From Candidatus Eiseniibacteriota bacterium (lineage in GTDB: Bacteria > Eisenbacteria > RBG-16-71-46 > CAVPCR01): a stretch of 64,000 bases of DNA. Shown piece by piece: positions 44,817 through 53,974 of this stretch. Both the position numbers and the translations under genes were made by a program. The DNA lies in the NCBI GenBank assembly GCA_963823555.1, contig CAWGMA010000001.1:832001-896000 (forward strand), read 5' to 3'. The stretch's first letter is position 1. The number at the start of each line of letters is the position of its first letter. The notes under the pieces were generated by a model. The model did no database searches. It saw nothing but the letters and a program-made list of their open reading frames with translations, and was not told where the DNA came from.

Positions 44817-46322
44817 CTACCTTTGCATCATGGCCAGGGCGCGTAGCTCCGACTCGCTGAGGCCGAGGAGCGGGTCGCCGGGCCTGGCCTTGGCTCCCGG
44901 CTCGGCCAGATCGGCTGCGCTTTCCTCGAGCTTTCGGATCACCTCCCGCGCCGCCGCCACCGTTTCCTCGTCCGCCGACTCGGGATGAGCCAGGAGATCC
45001 ACGGCATCGGCCAGAGCGAGTCCGGGCACGGGGCCGTGCTCGAGCTTGGCAAGGAGGCGGCGCTCGGCCGCGGCGGCGCCGCTGGTTTCCCCGGGATGTT
45101 CCCGCTGGTCGATCAGGTGGCGAGCCCCTGCCATCTCGACCTGCGTCATGCGCGCGGCCATGGTCTCGAGGACGAAGCGGCGGCGGGTCTCGGTTCGCGA
45201 GATCCCTTCGGCTCGAATGCGGTCGAAGAGCGGAAGGGCGGCGTTGAGTCGCAACGCGGCGGCGAGTGCCGTGAAGCTCGAATCCGCCGGGGCATCGGGA
45301 GCCCGGCCCGCCCGTCGTTCGAGATCCTGGAAGAGATGCGTGGCGGCTCGGCGCAGGTCGCTCCTGTGGTGATAGACGAGGAGGGAACCCTCCTCGACGA
45401 GCACGATCGAACCGGGATCCCAGTCCATGCCTTCGTGGGTCGGGGTGAGGGTGTTGTCATCGAGGATGACGCGACGGGCGCTGACTTCGGTGTCTCCCAG
45501 GCGCACGGCGAACGGACCTTCGTGATGCACCATCACTGCCAGCTCGAGGTCGCTCGAACCAGGGCGCCCCGGAACCGGGCGCTGGCCGAAGTAGAGCTTC
45601 TGCGCCCGCAGCGCCTCGCTCGTCAGGCCGAACCCCCTGGCGAGCTCCAGCGCGTCGGCTCCCGGTCGCATCGGCTCGACGCCGCCGGCTGCCAGCCGCT
45701 GGGCTCCGAGCAGGGAGTCCGTAGCAGCCTGAAAGCGAGTGAGTGTCGTGGCCATGGCAAGTAGCCGCTCCGCGTCGCCGGAGAGAGCGCCGAATCCCTG
45801 AGCACGGGAGAGCACGCTGCGTGCCTCACGGAACCACCCGGCACGGGCATAGGCGCGTCCGAGTCGCTCGAGGCGGCGCTTCTTCTCGCCGCTCTCGATG
45901 AGGGCGCGGGCCGCCAGATCCATCTCGTGGCTCCATGCCTGCTCGCCGAGGTCGGGGATCTCCGCGCTTCCCTGCTCGGGAATGAGCAGGGCCCGTGTGG
46001 ACCAGCGGGCCTGGGCCTCATCGTAGCGGCCGGTCTCGACAAGGGCCAGGCGCTCAGCCAGGAAGTCGCCATCGGGAGCGGTGAGAAGCGCATCCTCGGA
46101 AAGGAGAGTCGAAGGGCCGGGGGCCTTCGTGCAGGAGAAGAGACATCCTGCGAGGGCGAGGACAGCTCCGGCCCGCGCCACCCGGGAAAGGGCGCAGCGT
46201 GGACTCTGGAGCTCCCGGCCGGGGCTCAGAGCTCGTTCGTGCGTTCTATGGTGTCGCATGGTCTCCGGCATAAGGGTGTTCGGGCGCACAACCCCGGCAT
46301 CTTGACCGCGGCGGCGAGGCAA
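44817..46322 (-). CDS. Hypothetical protein, probable lipoprotein with TPR-like helices
   Basis: Long ORF with hydrophobic segment and LFSC lipobox; LGRAYARAGWFREA is TPR-like. Start position uncertain. Confidence 0.55.
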   Translation of the reverse strand: MPRRRGQDAGVVRPNTLMPETMRHHRTHERALSPGRELQSPRCALSRVARAGAVLALAGCLFSCTKAPGPSTLLSEDALLTAPDGDFLAERLALVETGRYDEAQARWSTRALLIPEQGSAEIPDLGEQAWSHEMDLAARALIESGEKKRRLERLGRAYARAGWFREARSVLSRAQGFGALSGDAERLLAMATTLTRFQAATDSLLGAQRLAAGGVEPMRPGADALELARGFGLTSEALRAQKLYFGQRPVPGRPGSSDLELAVMVHHEGPFAVRLGDTEVSARRVILDDNTLTPTHEGMDWDPGSIVLVEEGSLLVYHHRSDLRRAATHLFQDLERRAGRAPDAPADSSFTALAAALRLNAALPLFDRIRAEGISRTETRRRFVLETMAARMTQVEMAGARHLIDQREHPGETSGAAAAERRLLAKLEHGPVPGLALADAVDLLAHPESADEETVAAAREVIRKLEESAADLAEPGAKARPGDPLLGLSESELRALAMMQR

Positions 46323-46381
46323 GGCAACCCCTCCCCGGACGCCCCCCCCGAGCCCCCGGGCTCCGCTAGAATGCTCCCGGC

Positions 46382-47575
46382 ATGCCCAAGATGAGGATCC
46401 TGGAGATCATCGATGTGCGCTGGTGGAACGCCTGCGCCTACTACGGAGTGAGTCTGGCTCAGGGACTGGCCCGAGCGGGCGACGACGTGGTCGTCGCGGC
46501 GAGCCCCGGGAGCCCGCCGGCTGCCGTGGCCGGAACCCTTGGCCTCCGCACCTGGACGGACGTACGCTTTGCCGATCCCAACCCGCTCAAGACAGCCGTC
46601 GATTTCCCGGCTCTCGTCCGTGGCATTCGTGATTTCGACATCATCGATGCCCACCGGGCTGAAGGTCATGCTCTGGGCGCGCTTGCGAGCGGGCTCGCGA
46701 ACGGGCCGCCGGTGGTGCGCACACGAGGGGACATTCGAGCCCCGCGCCGGAATCCGCTCAGCAACTTCGTGCACCGGAAGCTGACGGCCGCCGTGATCGT
46801 GCCGGGCACGTTCATGCAGCGCAGGCTGATCCTCGAAACCGGGCTGGACGCGGACAGGGTGGTGGTCATTCCGGCCGGAATCGACCTCGATCATTACTCG
46901 ATCCAAATGCCGGAAGCAATTGCTGAAGAAAGTGTTAAGGATGTTCCAGAGTGGCGCCATCCGCGCCATCGCAACGCCTTTCGGCAGTCCCTCGGCATCC
47001 CGGAGGCTGCTCCCCTGATCGGAATGGTGGCGCGGTTCTCCCCGGTCAAGGGGCATCGGGTCATGCTCGCAGCACTGGCAAGACTCGGGAGCGCCGGGCC
47101 ACGGCCCCACCTCGTCCTGGCAGGGCAAGATGCCGAGCTCAGCGCCCCGGGTCTTGCTGCTGAGGCGAGTGCCCTCGGTATCAGGGATCGCGTGCACTGG
47201 CTCGGGTATCAGGAAGATGTGCGACCCTTGCTCGCGGCGCTCGATATCGTCGCCGTTCCGTCGCTCGGGTCGGAGGCGATCTCGCGGGTGGTGCTCGAGG
47301 CCATGGCGATGTCCGTTCCGGTCATCGCCTCGAGCGTCGGTGTGATTCCCGAGCTCCTGCTGGAAGGCGAGACCGGGCTCCTTGTTCCCCCCGGTGATGC
47401 CGCCGCCCTGGCCGGGGCGCTGGGTACCCTCCTCGCGGATCCGGGGCGGGCCCGGGCGATGGGCGCGCGGGCGCGGGCCCGCGCCGAGGACGAGTACGGG
47501 CTCGAGCGCTGGGTCGAGCGCACGCGCGCTGTCTACCGGCATGTCATCGAGAGCCGAGGTGAGCGGTCAACTTGA
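46382..47575 (+). CDS. Glycosyltransferase family 4
   Basis: VIPAGID, ARFSPVKGH, PSLGSEAISRVVLEAMA, GETGLLVPPGD. Confidence 0.9.
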   Translation: MPKMRILEIIDVRWWNACAYYGVSLAQGLARAGDDVVVAASPGSPPAAVAGTLGLRTWTDVRFADPNPLKTAVDFPALVRGIRDFDIIDAHRAEGHALGALASGLANGPPVVRTRGDIRAPRRNPLSNFVHRKLTAAVIVPGTFMQRRLILETGLDADRVVVIPAGIDLDHYSIQMPEAIAEESVKDVPEWRHPRHRNAFRQSLGIPEAAPLIGMVARFSPVKGHRVMLAALARLGSAGPRPHLVLAGQDAELSAPGLAAEASALGIRDRVHWLGYQEDVRPLLAALDIVAVPSLGSEAISRVVLEAMAMSVPVIASSVGVIPELLLEGETGLLVPPGDAAALAGALGTLLADPGRARAMGARARARAEDEYGLERWVERTRAVYRHVIESRGERST

Positions 47576-47633
47576 CATCGCAGGGCAGCCAAGTTACCGC
47601 TTGTTGTTCGAGTACTTGGCGTGATGGAGAACC

Positions 47634-48317
47634 GTGGTGAACGATAGGGACGAGATGGAGATGCGCGAGAAGCGAGAACCCGGAAGCAGCGCCGCGGCGT
47701 TCCCCGGGCGGGAGCCCGGTGCAGGGGAGCAAGCTGCCGAGGAGGAGGTGGCGTACGAGCCCTCCCCGGATCCCATGGTTGCCCTTGAGACCGATCTGGC
47801 CGAGGCGCGAGCCGAGGCCGAGCGCTGCCGAGAATCGTGGTATCGGGCCGCTGCCGATCTGGAGAACGTCCGCAAGCGCACCGCGCGCGAGCTCGAGGAG
47901 GGTGGTTACAGAGCGCGAGCCGAAGTGCTCCTCGAGGTGCTGGGTGTTCTCGACGATCTGGACCGCGCGCTTGCGGCGAGCGGCAGCGAAGAAGGGGCGG
48001 AGGCCGATGGCGATGGCAAGATGCCGGAGCCGGCGGACGCCGTTGCCCGAGGCGCGGGTACACCGGGAGAGGATCCGATCGTCACCGGGCTGCGTCTGAT
48101 CCGGGCGCGGATCGAGGATCTCCTGCGCCGCCAGGGCGTCGTCGAGATTCCGGCTGCTGGCGAGATATTCGATCCGCAGGTGCACGATGCCGTGATGCAG
48201 GTGGAATCGGCCGAGGTGCCCGGAGGGCATGTGGCCCAGGTGCTGGAGCGTGGATATCTCCTGGGAGATCGAGTTCTGCGCCCGGTGCGGGTCGTGGTCG
48301 CCATGGAGCGTTCATGA
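47634..48317 (+). CDS. grpE: Nucleotide exchange factor GrpE
   Basis: RAAADLENVRKR, VLDDLDRAL, FDPQVHDAV, GYLLGDRVLRPVRVVVA. Start position uncertain. Confidence 0.93.
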   Translation: MVNDRDEMEMREKREPGSSAAAFPGREPGAGEQAAEEEVAYEPSPDPMVALETDLAEARAEAERCRESWYRAAADLENVRKRTARELEEGGYRARAEVLLEVLGVLDDLDRALAASGSEEGAEADGDGKMPEPADAVARGAGTPGEDPIVTGLRLIRARIEDLLRRQGVVEIPAAGEIFDPQVHDAVMQVESAEVPGGHVAQVLERGYLLGDRVLRPVRVVVAMERS

Positions 48318-49453
48318 CCCAGCGCGATTACTATGAAGTTCTCGGTGTCGCCCGCAACGCGACCGTCGATGAGGTGAAGCGCGCCTATCGCAAACAAGCG
48401 CTCGAGAATCATCCGGATCGGAACCCCGGGGACGCGGGAGCCGAGGAGCGATTCAAGGCGGCGACCGAGGCCTACGAGGTGCTCAGCAATCCCGACTCGC
48501 GCGCCCGCTACGACCGGTTCGGTCACGCCGGAGTCCGTGGCGGGGGCCAGGCCGTGGATTTCGATCTCTCTGAGGCGCTGCGCACGTTCATGCGAGACTT
48601 CGGCGCTTTTGGTGGTTTCGATTTCTTCGGTGGTGGAGGGCGCCGTGGCGACGATCGCCACGGCAGCGACCTCCAGGTACGCATGGAGCTCGAGCTCGAC
48701 GAGATCGCACAGGGAGCCAAGAAGCAGATCAAGCTCAGGAAGCTGGTTTCCTGCGAGGAATGTAGCGGGTCGGGGGCCAAGTCCGGGAGCCGGCTCGAGA
48801 ACTGCACCACATGCGGCGGGCGGGGCGAGGTCCGACAGGTCTCGCGCTCGTTCTTCGGGCAGTTCATCAACGTCTCGATCTGCCCCAATTGCGAGGGATC
48901 GGGGCAGATCATGCATGATCCTTGCCCGCGTTGTCGCGGTGAGGGGCGGGAGCCGGGAGAGGCCACGATCTCGGTCAACGTGCCCCCGGGAATCGCGGCC
49001 GGCAACTACATCCAGCTTCGTGGGCTGGGCGAAGCCGGCCGGCGCGGCGGTGAGGCGGGTGACGTGATCGTTGTGATCGAGGAGAAGGAGCATCCCCTCT
49101 TCAAGCGGCGAGGGACCGATCTCTTGCTCGAGATTCCGATCACCTACAGCCAGGCCACGCTCGGCGGCGAGGAGGAGATACCAACTCTCGATGGCTTGGT
49201 GTCGCTCGACATCCCCCGCGGCATTCAATCCGGAAAGATCCTGCGCCTCAAGGGCCGGGGACTGCCAGGTCTCCGCGGTGGTCGCCGCGGGGACATCCTG
49301 GTGCGCGTGCAGGTGTGGATTCCGGAGAAGCTGAGCGCGGAGGAAGAGAAGCTCCTGGCCAAGTTGCGCAAGGTGGAATCGAAGCCACCCGCCCCCGGCG
49401 AAAAGCGCGAGTCCAGCTGGTTCGGGCGGATACGCGATGCCTGGAGCGGATAG
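48314..49453 (+). CDS. dnaJ: Chaperone DnaJ
   Basis: DYYEVLGV, HPD, G/F region, four CxxCxGxG motifs. Confidence 0.97.
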   Translation: MTQRDYYEVLGVARNATVDEVKRAYRKQALENHPDRNPGDAGAEERFKAATEAYEVLSNPDSRARYDRFGHAGVRGGGQAVDFDLSEALRTFMRDFGAFGGFDFFGGGGRRGDDRHGSDLQVRMELELDEIAQGAKKQIKLRKLVSCEECSGSGAKSGSRLENCTTCGGRGEVRQVSRSFFGQFINVSICPNCEGSGQIMHDPCPRCRGEGREPGEATISVNVPPGIAAGNYIQLRGLGEAGRRGGEAGDVIVVIEEKEHPLFKRRGTDLLLEIPITYSQATLGGEEEIPTLDGLVSLDIPRGIQSGKILRLKGRGLPGLRGGRRGDILVRVQVWIPEKLSAEEEKLLAKLRKVESKPPAPGEKRESSWFGRIRDAWSG

Positions 49454-50249
49454 GGATCTGGAAGCAGGAGACCTGGCCCATGCCCCCGGTCAGCGGAGGT
49501 ACTGGGCCGAGGAGGTCGATCGCGAGCGCGGGCGCGTCTTCCTGGACCGAGAGGAGGCCCATCACGTTCTCGGCGTGATGCGTCACCGGGCCGGCGATCG
49601 CGTGTGGGTGATCGATGGTCGCGGTGGTTTGTATCTCGTCACCATCGAGGACAGGGAGGTCGGCGGCGACCGTCTCACCGCGCGTATCTGCGAAGAGCTG
49701 TCAACTGCCACCGAACCGCCAGCACCGTGGCTCGTGCAGGCTAGAATCCGGCCCACCCGCATGGAACCGCTTCTCGATGGAGCCGTGCAGGTCGGCGTGC
49801 GCGGCGTGCTGCTGTTCGATGCCGTGCGTTCACCCGTGCACGATACGCTGAGCGCCGCTCGCCGCGAGCGGTTGTGTCGCGTCATGCGTCAGGCCACGCT
49901 ACAGTCCCTCGGTCACCACATTCCCGAGCTTCGTGGCCCCATCGCCAGCACTGAGCTACCGGGAGCCCTGGCCGGCTTTCGCATCTGGGTCGCGCACGGA
50001 CCGGTAGCGCGGGATGGGTCGGGGGGGGCGGACCCTGCCTCCTGGCCCGATCTGCCGGGTGGTGAGCGCGGGCACGCCCTGGTCATCGGCCCGGAGGGCG
50101 GCCTGACGGAGGACGAGGTGGGGGCCCTTCTGGGAGCTGGCGCCACGCTCCTCGATCTGGGGCCGAGGCGCCTGCGGGCCGAGACGGCCGCGGTCGTCGG
50201 GCTGGCCCTCCTCGGCGCTCGCCTGCGGGCGGCATCTCCCCCCGGATAG
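49437..50249 (+). CDS. rsmE: 16S rRNA m3U1498 methyltransferase RsmE
   Basis: EAHHVLGVMR, IGPEGG, LGPRRLRAETA; located after dnaJ. Confidence 0.9.
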   Translation: MPGADRDLEAGDLAHAPGQRRYWAEEVDRERGRVFLDREEAHHVLGVMRHRAGDRVWVIDGRGGLYLVTIEDREVGGDRLTARICEELSTATEPPAPWLVQARIRPTRMEPLLDGAVQVGVRGVLLFDAVRSPVHDTLSAARRERLCRVMRQATLQSLGHHIPELRGPIASTELPGALAGFRIWVAHGPVARDGSGGADPASWPDLPGGERGHALVIGPEGGLTEDEVGALLGAGATLLDLGPRRLRAETAAVVGLALLGARLRAASPPG

Positions 50250-50311
50250 CCGGTCACCTGGGCCGGTGCGGAGTCCCGAAGGCGGGGTGATCCAGGCTCT
50301 GGGTGGCCAGA

Positions 50312-50341
50312 TTGACTTTCGATCCAAGCGCTAGCTATAAT
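50312..50341 (+). promoter_or_regulatory. Sigma70 promoter of the rpsU operon
   Basis: TTGACT-N18-TATAAT. Confidence 0.7.
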
Positions 50342-50535
50342 CGCTGCTTGGGCTATCCGCAGCGGCGTCGGTTCGGCTTTCACCAGGTGCCACTCGGGCA
50401 AGTCCTACCATGCTGTCTTGCGGTCATCCGACCGCATCTCGTCACAGACTGCTGCCTCTCGCGCAGCAGCATCCCTTTTTGCAGACAAATCCCGTGAGCT
50501 TTTTGGCTAGTGGATCGTCGAGGAGGTCGGTCTTC

Positions 50536-50733
50536 ATGCTGGGCGTGAGGGTAAAGGACAACGAGTCGTTCGAGAGTGCGCTCCGGCGCTTCAAGAAGAA
50601 GTGCGAGAAGGCCGGTATCCTCTCGGACCTCCGCAAGCACCAGCACTTCGAAAAGCCCTCGGAGAGGAAGAAGCGCAAGGCGAATGCCGCTCGGCGTAAG
50701 GCCATGAGCCGCATGCTTCTCGACCGCGACTGA
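50536..50733 (+). CDS. rpsU: 30S ribosomal protein S21
   Basis: [54 protein letters not shown]. Confidence 0.97.
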   Translation: MLGVRVKDNESFESALRRFKKKCEKAGILSDLRKHQHFEKPSERKKRKANAARRKAMSRMLLDRD

Positions 50734-50848
50734 GTCTTCGCGCAAGCCCAAGGGGCCGGTGACAACCTCCGCGCCCCTTCCGGGATGACCAGCGGCCGGG
50801 CTCACCCTACCCCTCGGACGTGCTGAAACGGGTGGGGCGAGGCCTTCA

Positions 50849-51427
50849 TTGGCGAGGGCGTTCTTGAACCTGGCCGACCTCGTGTTTGCCGCCATCCTGC
50901 TCGGTATCGCCGGCATCGGCTTCAGCCGGGGGCTGGTCGGGATCGCCCTCTATTCCCTGGCTGTCGTTCTGAGCCTCGTCGCGGGCGTCGCCGTCACGCT
51001 GGCTTCGGCGGCGACTCCTGTTCCCGATGCTTGGCTCCTGGTCCTCGTGCCGGTGGCCTTCTTTCTCACCTTTGGTATCGTCTTGGCCTTGCTGCGCTCC
51101 CTCGCCTCGAAGGTGACTCGCCTCTGGCACAAATTGCCGATCGCGCCCGCCGACCATCTCCTGGGGGCGGTGCTCGCCGCCGTGATCGGCGTGCTCATGT
51201 TGAGCCTCGTGGTTCTGGCCATGCTCAGACTACCGTTGCCCAATGCCGCCTCGCGTGCGGTAGCGCAGGGTCGCGCGGCACCCCTCTTGCTCACCGCCGG
51301 CGCTCAGGGAATGGAGATTCTGGCCCGGCCGCTGCCGGTGCTCGCTCCGCTGGCCGAGCGACTGGCCTCGGCCCGCGATGAAGTCCTGGGCGGCGAGGCA
51401 ACCCAGCCCCGGGTCAACGAGATTTGA
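50849..51427 (+). CDS. cvpA: CvpA family membrane protein
   Basis: D....LL....GFSRGL, DHLLGAVL, multi-TM; upstream of mutS2. Confidence 0.8.
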   Translation: MARAFLNLADLVFAAILLGIAGIGFSRGLVGIALYSLAVVLSLVAGVAVTLASAATPVPDAWLLVLVPVAFFLTFGIVLALLRSLASKVTRLWHKLPIAPADHLLGAVLAAVIGVLMLSLVVLAMLRLPLPNAASRAVAQGRAAPLLLTAGAQGMEILARPLPVLAPLAERLASARDEVLGGEATQPRVNEI

Positions 51428-53862
51428 TGCCCGATACCCAGGTGTCGACGGGGATCCCGTCACACACGCTCACCGTTCTCGAGTTCGGGAAGATCCTCCC
51501 CGAGATCGCCTGCCGGGCCGATTCTGTTCTCGGCCGCGAAAACGCCGAGGGGGTGGCTCCCGCGTGCGATCTGTCCCATGCGCACGAGCTCCTGGCCGTG
51601 CTCGGGGAGTGGCTCCGGCTCGAGAGTGGGGATCCCGCACCGCCGTCTCTCGCGCTTCCAGATGTCCGCGATTCCCTCCGGCGGGCGGAGGCGTCCGGAT
51701 CAGTGCTCGACGCGCAGGAGCTCCTGGACCTGGCGCGCGTCGCTGAGGCTTCGCGGCTCACTCATGCCATGTTCGATGCGCGGGCCGCGGATGCTCCAGC
51801 TCTGGCTTCCACCCACGCCCCGCGGCTCGGGCGCTTTGTCGGCTTCGAGCAGGCGGTCGAGCGCGCCATCGATGAGCGCGCCGAAGTCCGCGATGAGGCC
51901 AGCCCCGCGCTCAAGAAGCTCCGTCGCCGTATCGAGTCGACGCGGGCCGCGATCAGCGAGCGGCTGGAGCGCTGGGCAGGTCGCATCGGCGCCGAGTCCT
52001 TCGTCACTCAGAGAGGCGGTCGTTACACGGTGGCCGTCCCGATCGAATGGCTCAATCGCGTGCGTGGCGTCGTTCACGATCGGTCCGCTTCCGGAGCCAC
52101 CGTCTTCCTCGAGCCGTTCGAGGTTGTCGAGATGGGAAACCGACTGCGAGAGGATGAGGAGGCCGAGCGAGCCGAGGTGCGCCGCATCCTGGGCGAGCTC
52201 ACCGCCCAGGCCGGGGAGATCGCGCCGGCGCTGCTCGATTCGGCGACCGTGCTCGGCGAGCTCGATCTGTTGCGAGCCAAGGCTCGACTCTGCCGAGACT
52301 GGGACTGCGTGTTGCCCGAGCTCCAGATGAGCGGCCCCATCCATCTCAGGAGCGGACGGCATCCCCTGGTCGCCCGGGCTCGGGAGGCTCGCGGAGAGGA
52401 GGTCATCCCCCTCACGCTGGATCTGGGAGACGGGCCGCGCATTCTCGTCATCACCGGCCCCAACATGGGGGGGAAGACGGTGGCATTGAAGACGCTCGGT
52501 CTCCTCACGCTCATGGCCATGGCTGGGCTGGGGGTGCCGGCGGCCGAGGGCACGGGCCTCGGGTTCTTTCCGACCATCGTCGCCGACATCGGCGATGAGC
52601 AGTCGATCGAGGAAGATCTCTCGACGTTCGCGTCACATGTGCGAAATCTCCGCGATGCGGTTGAAACCGCAGGAGCCGGAAGTCTCGTCTTGCTCGATGA
52701 GCTGGGAGCGGGAACCGACCCTGCCGAGGGGGCGGCGCTCGGCCAGGCTGTGCTCGAGGTGCTGTCGGCATCGGGGGCCATTGCCGTCGTCACCACACAT
52801 CATGGATCACTCAAGGGCATGGCCATGTCCAATCCGGCCATCTCCAATGCTTCCATGGCCTTCGAGCCCGAAACTCATACTCCGCTTTATCGACTGGTGC
52901 CCGGGGTGCCAGGACGCAGCCTGGGAATCGAGGTGGCAGAGCGGTTGGGGTTCCCGGGGCCTGTTCTCGCCCGGGCGCGCGATCTCGTGCCGGAGGGCGA
53001 GCACCACCTTGGGGAGCTCATCGCCGACGTGGAGCGGCGCCGGCAAGCCCTGGAAGAGGAACGTGGGGAGATGGTCCAGGCGCGCTCAGCCCTGGTGGGA
53101 CTTCTGGGGAAGTACCGATCGCGGCTCGAGGAAATTCGCCACGCCCGGGATCGCATCCTCTCCCACGCCGAGGAGCGCGCCGGGCAGATCCTCGCTGAAG
53201 CCGAGGACCTGGTGCGGGCCGCTCGCCGGGCGCTCCGGCTGGCAGGTTCCCGCGGCGTGGAGGCGCGTGGCTCGAGCCCGTCAGGCGAGGCGGTCGCCCC
53301 GGGTGCACCAGGACTGGGCCGGGAGATCGAGTCGCTCGCCGAGCAGTTGCGGCAGGTCCATGCGGCGCCCCGGCCCGAGCCGGATCGAGAAGGTCAAGTC
53401 CCGAGCGTGAGTGCGGGGGCGATGCTCTTCGCTCCCGAGCTGGGTTCCGTGGTCGAGGTGCTCCAGCCACCGGATGCCAGCGGGCGCGTTCTGGTGCGGC
53501 GGGGGGCGATCAAGCTCGAGATTTCCGTTGATCGGTTGCGCCCGGCGACAGCCCGGGATGTGGAAGCAGCCCGACCGGTTCCCCATAGCCCGCTGGCGCA
53601 TGTCGAAGTCGATGCCCCAAGCGGGATGGAAATCGATCTGCGTGGTCTCACCGGCGACGAGGCCGTGGCAGCCGTCGAGCGCTTTCTCGAACAGGCGACG
53701 GTGCACGGGCTGCCCATGATCCGCATCATTCATGGCAAGGGCACCGGAGTCCTGAGGGCGCGCATCCAGGATCTGTTGCGTTCGCATCCCCGGGTGGCTT
53801 CGTTCCGGCTGGGGGAGAGTGGCGAGGGCGGGGCCGGAGTGACCGTGGCCGAGATGGGGTGA
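51427..53862 (+). CDS. mutS2: Endonuclease MutS2
   Basis: LEFGKI, SASGATVFLEP, TGPNMGGKT, DIGDEQSI, DELGAGTDP, Smr domain IDLRG..IIHGKGTG. Confidence 0.96.
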   Translation: MPDTQVSTGIPSHTLTVLEFGKILPEIACRADSVLGRENAEGVAPACDLSHAHELLAVLGEWLRLESGDPAPPSLALPDVRDSLRRAEASGSVLDAQELLDLARVAEASRLTHAMFDARAADAPALASTHAPRLGRFVGFEQAVERAIDERAEVRDEASPALKKLRRRIESTRAAISERLERWAGRIGAESFVTQRGGRYTVAVPIEWLNRVRGVVHDRSASGATVFLEPFEVVEMGNRLREDEEAERAEVRRILGELTAQAGEIAPALLDSATVLGELDLLRAKARLCRDWDCVLPELQMSGPIHLRSGRHPLVARAREARGEEVIPLTLDLGDGPRILVITGPNMGGKTVALKTLGLLTLMAMAGLGVPAAEGTGLGFFPTIVADIGDEQSIEEDLSTFASHVRNLRDAVETAGAGSLVLLDELGAGTDPAEGAALGQAVLEVLSASGAIAVVTTHHGSLKGMAMSNPAISNASMAFEPETHTPLYRLVPGVPGRSLGIEVAERLGFPGPVLARARDLVPEGEHHLGELIADVERRRQALEEERGEMVQARSALVGLLGKYRSRLEEIRHARDRILSHAEERAGQILAEAEDLVRAARRALRLAGSRGVEARGSSPSGEAVAPGAPGLGREIESLAEQLRQVHAAPRPEPDREGQVPSVSAGAMLFAPELGSVVEVLQPPDASGRVLVRRGAIKLEISVDRLRPATARDVEAARPVPHSPLAHVEVDAPSGMEIDLRGLTGDEAVAAVERFLEQATVHGLPMIRIIHGKGTGVLRARIQDLLRSHPRVASFRLGESGEGGAGVTVAEMG

Positions 53863-53974
53863 AGACGTCGCGAGTGCCGGCCTGGATACGGCGCCCGAGG
53901 CGAGCTGGACCTCACGGTGGATATGCCGGGTTCAGTAGCGAGGAGCAGGGGTAGGGTAGCGAGAACACGAGAGC

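Noticed and set aside
47837..48313. Apparent N-terminal extension of DnaJ in the ORF track
   Set aside because: Overlaps grpE out of frame; the J-domain starts at ATG 48314.
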